A stretch of DNA of 64,000 nt from Takakia lepidozioides (Eukaryota > Plantae > Bryophyta), in assembly GCA_030704615.1 (NCBI GenBank), contig CM060731.1, forward strand, positions 71,486,001-71,550,000, read 5' to 3'. The notes beneath the pieces were generated by a model. It made no database searches, was not told the origin of the DNA, and saw only the letters and a list, made by a program, of their open reading frames with translations. The position numbers were made by a program, and so were the translations under genes. This document shows positions 58,317 to 64,000 of this stretch, piece by piece. Position 1 is the stretch's first letter. Every line of letters starts with the position of its first letter.

Positions 58317-61300
58317 CTCTTGGCTGACATGGGCAATGATGAGATGTCTCCCCTTCCCATTTGAGGAACACAAACCACTGCCAAGAAAAGTGCTTTTCTG
58401 GTCTTCTAATCAGCATCCGAAACCACCATTGCTGGTAATGTTCCTCATTGAATTGTAAGCTCAAATGGTGCTCTATTTTGTACTTCAGTCCTGCTTTAAA
58501 CTGACATCAACTTGTCCTTCTTATCAACAGAATGACCATGAGTAGCTAGCAGAGAATGTTCTAGGTTGCTTGTTGGAAGCAACATAGTGTGGTACTTTTG
58601 GATAATTCCTTCCTATAAGCACATGGCAATCATGTTTTAAAGGCTGGACCCCAAGCTCTGGGAAGGCTTGATACAGAAGGATGTGGTAGTCATATAGAGA
58701 AACTCAATGTAAATCATGATTTCAACCAGACTTTCATTTTACACCTAGCTGCAAATTACATGGCTGTTCGACCATGTAGTCACTTGCCAGCTGTCAACTT
58801 GAAATGTTCCAGGATGGAGCATCACTCTTTTTGCCACCTATAGATGCCTGTATCTTGAAGGGCTGGCTGGAAAGCAACTACCATGGACTAGTCGATAAAA
58901 TTGCTATCATTTTGTCACTCACGATGATAGAAATTTTCTGGTTTTCATAACTTATAAATTGTAAGTATTTCCTGGCAGGTGATTGTGTATGAAGGATTGC
59001 AGGTGTTCCCAATGAAACAAAGGCAATGAGGTATATCAAGTCTCTCTCTGATCACCGGAATCATTTGGAATCTAGCTCATCACATTAGCTACTATCAAGA
59101 CACTATATATTCACATAGTAATGGTCAATGTGATTGATCCTACTGGTCACGAGAACCTTATTCATAGCATGTCTGCCATTTGAGCTTACAGCCTAATACA
59201 GTGCAATTGTGCTTGGAAGAAGTCCCAATCTTGCCACTTTCTTTCTTTGCCGACATCATCTATGAATGACGGTATGGGTCCCATGTAAGTTCCCAACCAG
59301 ACTCTGAAGAATCTTTAATCCGTGTCACAGAGCCATGGGGTAGTACAGGACAACATAAAGGCTAACTTTGACTTGTAGACTTGCTGCCTAGACTAAGTTG
59401 AGCACGGTTTTCAAACCTTTCAGGCTGTATGTTTTGAGGCGAACACGTTATAGGGTCATCTGATATGCTATCAGTTTTTGTTTCATCACTCTGCTTTAAA
59501 GCAACGCTTGCAGATTCAGTCTTTAACTTTCTTCAATCTGACCATTTTATTTGTGTCTTTGTCACAGAGACAATGATTTCAAAGATCTTTCAAATAGCCT
59601 GAAGGACTCGTACAAAAAGAAGACAGTCATTTTGGTAGGTGTGTCCCAGTTTTATCTTTAAAACTGGACAGAAAACTAAATTCCTCCAAGAAAGTTACAT
59701 TCCTGTAGGTAGTATTATTTCCCCTGGCTGCAGCTTTGTGACTTAACTAACTTGTGAAAACTGGGATGTGAATTTGAAGGCAGCAAAATGAATAGATACT
59801 ACATCCTCCAGTAAAGTAGCAAGGTCCTGTTCTGATCCTTGCACTAACTCCAGTTTTCTGATGAAGTCTGCACTCGGTTGGTGCAGAAGTCAGGCCCTTT
59901 CGGAATCCTTCTGTCACCACTTGGCGGAAGATCGTCTGCTCCAACTCATGAAGGTGAGAAGGTTGTTAGTATCTCAATGATACTATTAACATATGTGGTA
60001 TGTCAGCACTGAAATGGGTGGGCTATGCCTTCATAACCCCACCCACTCCCATCCAGAAGGTCATAGATACTGTCCAATTATGTTGTCCATCAATCGAAGG
60101 TGATGAGTGCAGAGGTGTGGGTTGGACAAGTACTTGTCTTGTCTGGTACTGAAAGTACGAAACTTCAGTGTAGCAGCTTTCAATAAAGCACTCACTGCCC
60201 TGCCCAGTGGGCACCCTTCAAGTAATTACCAGCTTTGGCACACAAAAGGCTGGATGGTTAGTGTCAATAGAGGCGAGGCTCCTGGGCAGCTGCATACACC
60301 CTCTTATGACTAACCTTATCAGTGTTTGGTATGACATCTTGAATGCAGGAGTTGGGTTCACAGAAAGATGACATCAAATCTGTAAAAGTCCACCAGGTCC
60401 TCAGACAGCAATATGAAGTGTCAGAACTTACATCATGTTCCTAATGGTTCACCGTCAACGATGCAGCGGGGAACGACATCTATCCGTCTGGTGACTGAGT
60501 TATCATGGTAACATCAGCTAGAACTTTAGTGGCCCAGAATGGAGTGGTGTTACCTTGGTATGTCAACTGATTTTTTATGCCACCTAATAATCAAGGATTA
60601 TCGCCCAGATGATTACACAGTAGATTCTGAGTAATCAAACAACATGTTTGAAATCTGATTGGCGTAAGGAAGCAGCCCAAATTCTTTGCCCGAAGTCTAT
60701 GATCGCCATATCATGTAAGAGAAGGCTCGAATTTCAAGGAGCTGGACACAATACAAACTCTGCCGAAAATTTCTTATAAAATCAGCAACATGGTTTTATG
60801 GGTACATGCTCCTGTCATGGCAGTTTAGTCCCGTATTAGCATTTGGGCCTAGAAGGAAGACAACAGCAGCAACTAAGGGAAAGTGAAGTGAAAAATCCCT
60901 CCCTTAGGGACAGCCAAATAATCTAGTATTCATTGACAGAGGGCTTTGGCCGAAGCAATGTACATAACCCTTCTGGCTGGGCACCTATCGCATTCCTTCA
61001 TGATTGTCTGAAGGATGTGGGAATCACCAAGTACATTGCAGTATGTTCCAGACTTAACTCACGAGTGTTCCATATGCTTATGGGGTTGGTATGAACCGAG
61101 GTGGGACAGAGCTACAACGCAACATGGATTTGGTCCCTCACAAGGCTTGTCTGTTCTCTGGATGTATCACTTGCACATCTGTGGTGTGTCTTGTCTCATG
61201 GCCAGGATCACTCCCAGGTCTCCTTAGAAGAAGTTCAAATAATAGTGCTTCCTGCCTTTGCCCTGGGTTCTCCTGCCAGCTTTCTTCAGACAGCTTCTCT

Positions 61301-62167
61301 CAGACATGGATCATAGGCTTCCTAGAATATAGGGATCTGTGGTCTTCTATCTTAGTCTTCCAAGTGTGGGGACCAGGGTATGTTGATGCAAAGCCTAATG
61401 GTACCTCACAAGTTTATTGTTCCCTGTTTCCTCCCCAAAGAAAAACCTAACCAAGAAATCTGGCAACCTAACAATATATGTAGCAGATTTTGGGGCACTA
61501 GCAAGGACACTACAACCCTACCCCTAGCTAATGGTGTCAAGATGCTAGCTGATAGGGGTCTTGATGGTGTTGAAGTCTAATGCTTGCCCCACCTTTAGTC
61601 TGTTGTACTTTGCTTACTCTTGTGCTTGAGTTTGCCAGGCAGCTGACACCTTCGACTTTTCGCTGGACAAGAAAATGATATGTAGACACACATCAGATTC
61701 TAGGCTAACATACTCAACAACCTTCAAGAGAGCCTCTTTGGTCTCGGATGTTCCAACCAGCAGATACATCGTAACATTGGGCAAATTGATGAAAAGATGT
61801 CACATGAAGGAGCAATATTGGTGTAGCTCGTGAATTACACGAAAGTTTATTGTCTGCAAATTGCTAAACTCTACAGTACCTGGACGACAAAAATGCCTAC
61901 CCAACAAGACCAGTGTGTCAGTGTGGGCCTAGGATGGCTAATAGGGGGGGCTTGTCATACCTAGCCCTAGGAAACTACACAATTTGCCAGATCTCCCTTA
62001 CCTTCTACTTGTTCCACAGACCTGGAGATAGAATTGATCAATTGAATAAAAAATTTGGCCCCCAAACAATTGGCTGAACACTACCCTCATGAATTAACCA
62101 GCTCGGATCTAACTACCACTGAGAAAAGACCGCAATACTAGGGCCCTGTTGTACCCAAAGAGTTGGT

Positions 62168-64000
62168 TTACCACAACCCCAAGAACTTCCACCAAACACC
62201 ACCAATTCCAAGCCAGATAACAATGTTTACAACACTGCAAAGGAATCCATAGCCCCACCACTTTGATAGAGGCACGTAGTTTGCACCATAAAAGACAGGT
62301 GCAGACCCAATGCCGTAATGTGTAAGCCCGCCCATGAGGTTCGAGAGGAAAGCCAGGACCAAAGCCCCAAACAGAGGGGGCGTCCCAAGGGCTGTTGATA
62401 CAGAGAGGAATGCTGTGAACATGGCTCCAATGTGAGCGGCACCACTAGCAAAGAAGTAGTGTGAATAAAAGTAGAGAAGCACCAGAATGCCAAACGAGGC
62501 CTGCCATGCGAGCCCCAGGCCCCCCACCACCTGCACAATACCAAGCCCCAAGTAAGAAGTTTACCTCAATGTTTACTTTCGAATAGAAAGATACTTGTTG
62601 CTTTTCAAGGTGGCCTTCCAAAATTTTCCAAAAGGACAGGAGATATCCATGACTTCAGGAACAGGAGGCGTTAGAGGAGTTGGCCCAACTCCTATAAGCT
62701 TTTACGCTTCAGTCGAAATGCAGTTAAGTTCAAGGCACCTTGGCATGGAATGCTGTTCAGGGCATCCCTGCGGGTATTCCAGAAACCAAATGGCACTGAG
62801 GCAGATGGTGTATGACAAAGGAAGGAGGCTTGTGTAATCTGCCCCTTGATTGCATACACATGAAAGCCTAATAGGGGAGATGCTTCTCTCCATAAAGTTG
62901 AATCCTCACTAGATTTCCTCGAAGTATATGAGATTGTGAGTACTATTTTGACATAGAAATTCGTACAAAATCAACAACAGAAAACCAAACACAACATAAC
63001 ATAGATACTAGTGATGTGTAGACAACATCAGCAAGCCAACTGGGGGGCCAAGAATTGTTCAGGATCTCACTTTTGTACTGAAGTGGCAGCAGTGTGTGTC
63101 CCTCCAAAGACCTCTTTCCAACGTAACATATGTATAAGTGGCTTGTGAGCTTGCCCAATAAGATTTTTCTCGGCTTTGAAAGAAGGTTAAATATTCTTTA
63201 ACACTCATTCCATTTGCCATGCCAGTTGGAGTCAACATAGGCATGGCTGTCCATCACCAGCCTCTTACCCAACTGTATCAGTGACTGGACTGTTGTGACT
63301 CTAGAATTCTCGTATAGTCAGTAGCTTTGCAATCAGAAGAGAGCTCTCACCTTCACAACAGTCTGGCTGAACCACGCAATGAGACCATACTTGTTCAGAT
63401 AGCTCGCCATGGCAATCAGAGCAGCAAACCATGTGAGTGTATCCCATGCAACTGCCTCACCCAGACACTCCTTCCATGTCACTACACCTGTTGTAAGCAG
63501 CACTGAAAGACCTAGAATAGCAGCTGTCACTGCATCGACCTTGATCAAGCTCCCAAATATCCACAGGCCCACCTTCGCAACAAAGGGGGAGAGAGTTATT
63601 CCACTGATCCATGCTTGATTATTCAAGATCCCATATTCTCCCTGATGAATTAGGTGGGGGAGGACAAGGCAGGAGGGATTTCTTTTGCAAGGAAATAAGC
63701 CACAAAATAATACAATTAGCCACAATCCCCAACCCACCCCCCCACCCGGCAACCCACTCCAACCACTCCCTTCCAACTCTCCAAACCATGACAAAAAAAG
63801 CCTGAGGTGATCAACTTACTGTAACTAAAAGGGTGCCAGCCATGATCTTCTCATTCTTGCTCATGGGCCCCATCTTTGCCAGGTTCTCCTTAGCCAATTT
63901 AGGAGCATCGGGGCTGCTCTTCACGGTAGGAGGGTAGACCACATATAGTAGTGCTGGTATAACAAGTAAAGATATCAGGCCAGGCACCAAAGCAGCAACT
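62168..64000 (-). CDS. DiT1: Plastid 2-oxoglutarate/malate translocator (DASS family), 3' exons
   Basis: Exons >64000-63820, 63572-63351, 62530-62168 with GT-AG borders; AWDTLTWFAALIAMA, HYFFASGAAHIGAMF, THYGIGSAPVFYGANYV, WWKFLGLW*. Confidence 0.93.

Noticed and set aside
58400-62100. Additional gene between the convergent genes
   Set aside because: Only short ORFs without motifs; more consistent with UTR or intergenic DNA.

Overview
Eukaryotic nuclear DNA, most likely from a non-seed land plant (inferred from the spliced genes, PLS-class PPR remnant and plastid DiT1; not verified). The left ~23 kb is a nested transposon cluster. It holds a truncated Ty3/Gypsy element with one intact LTR, two CACTA termini, degraded OSB(PDF)/PPR gene fragments and a palindrome array. 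It also holds a decayed Gypsy-type element whose pol region carries a C5 DNA-methyltransferase domain between protease and RT, and a 4-unit head-to-tail Helitron array. From 27.6 to 58.3 kb lies a ~17-exon gene for a ~2,190-aa coiled-coil protein. Its introns are packed with two LINE families (called A and B here) and a tiny LTR element (TRIM) whose LTRs contain a tRNA-like Pol III cassette. The window ends in the 3' part of DiT1 (minus strand). Top observations: the DNMT-carrying retrotransposon; the tRNA-LTR TRIM, including a fold-back copy bounded by a single TSD; and two independent LINE-A insertions at the same nucleotide of LINE B. All coordinates were read by eye and may be off by a few bases.
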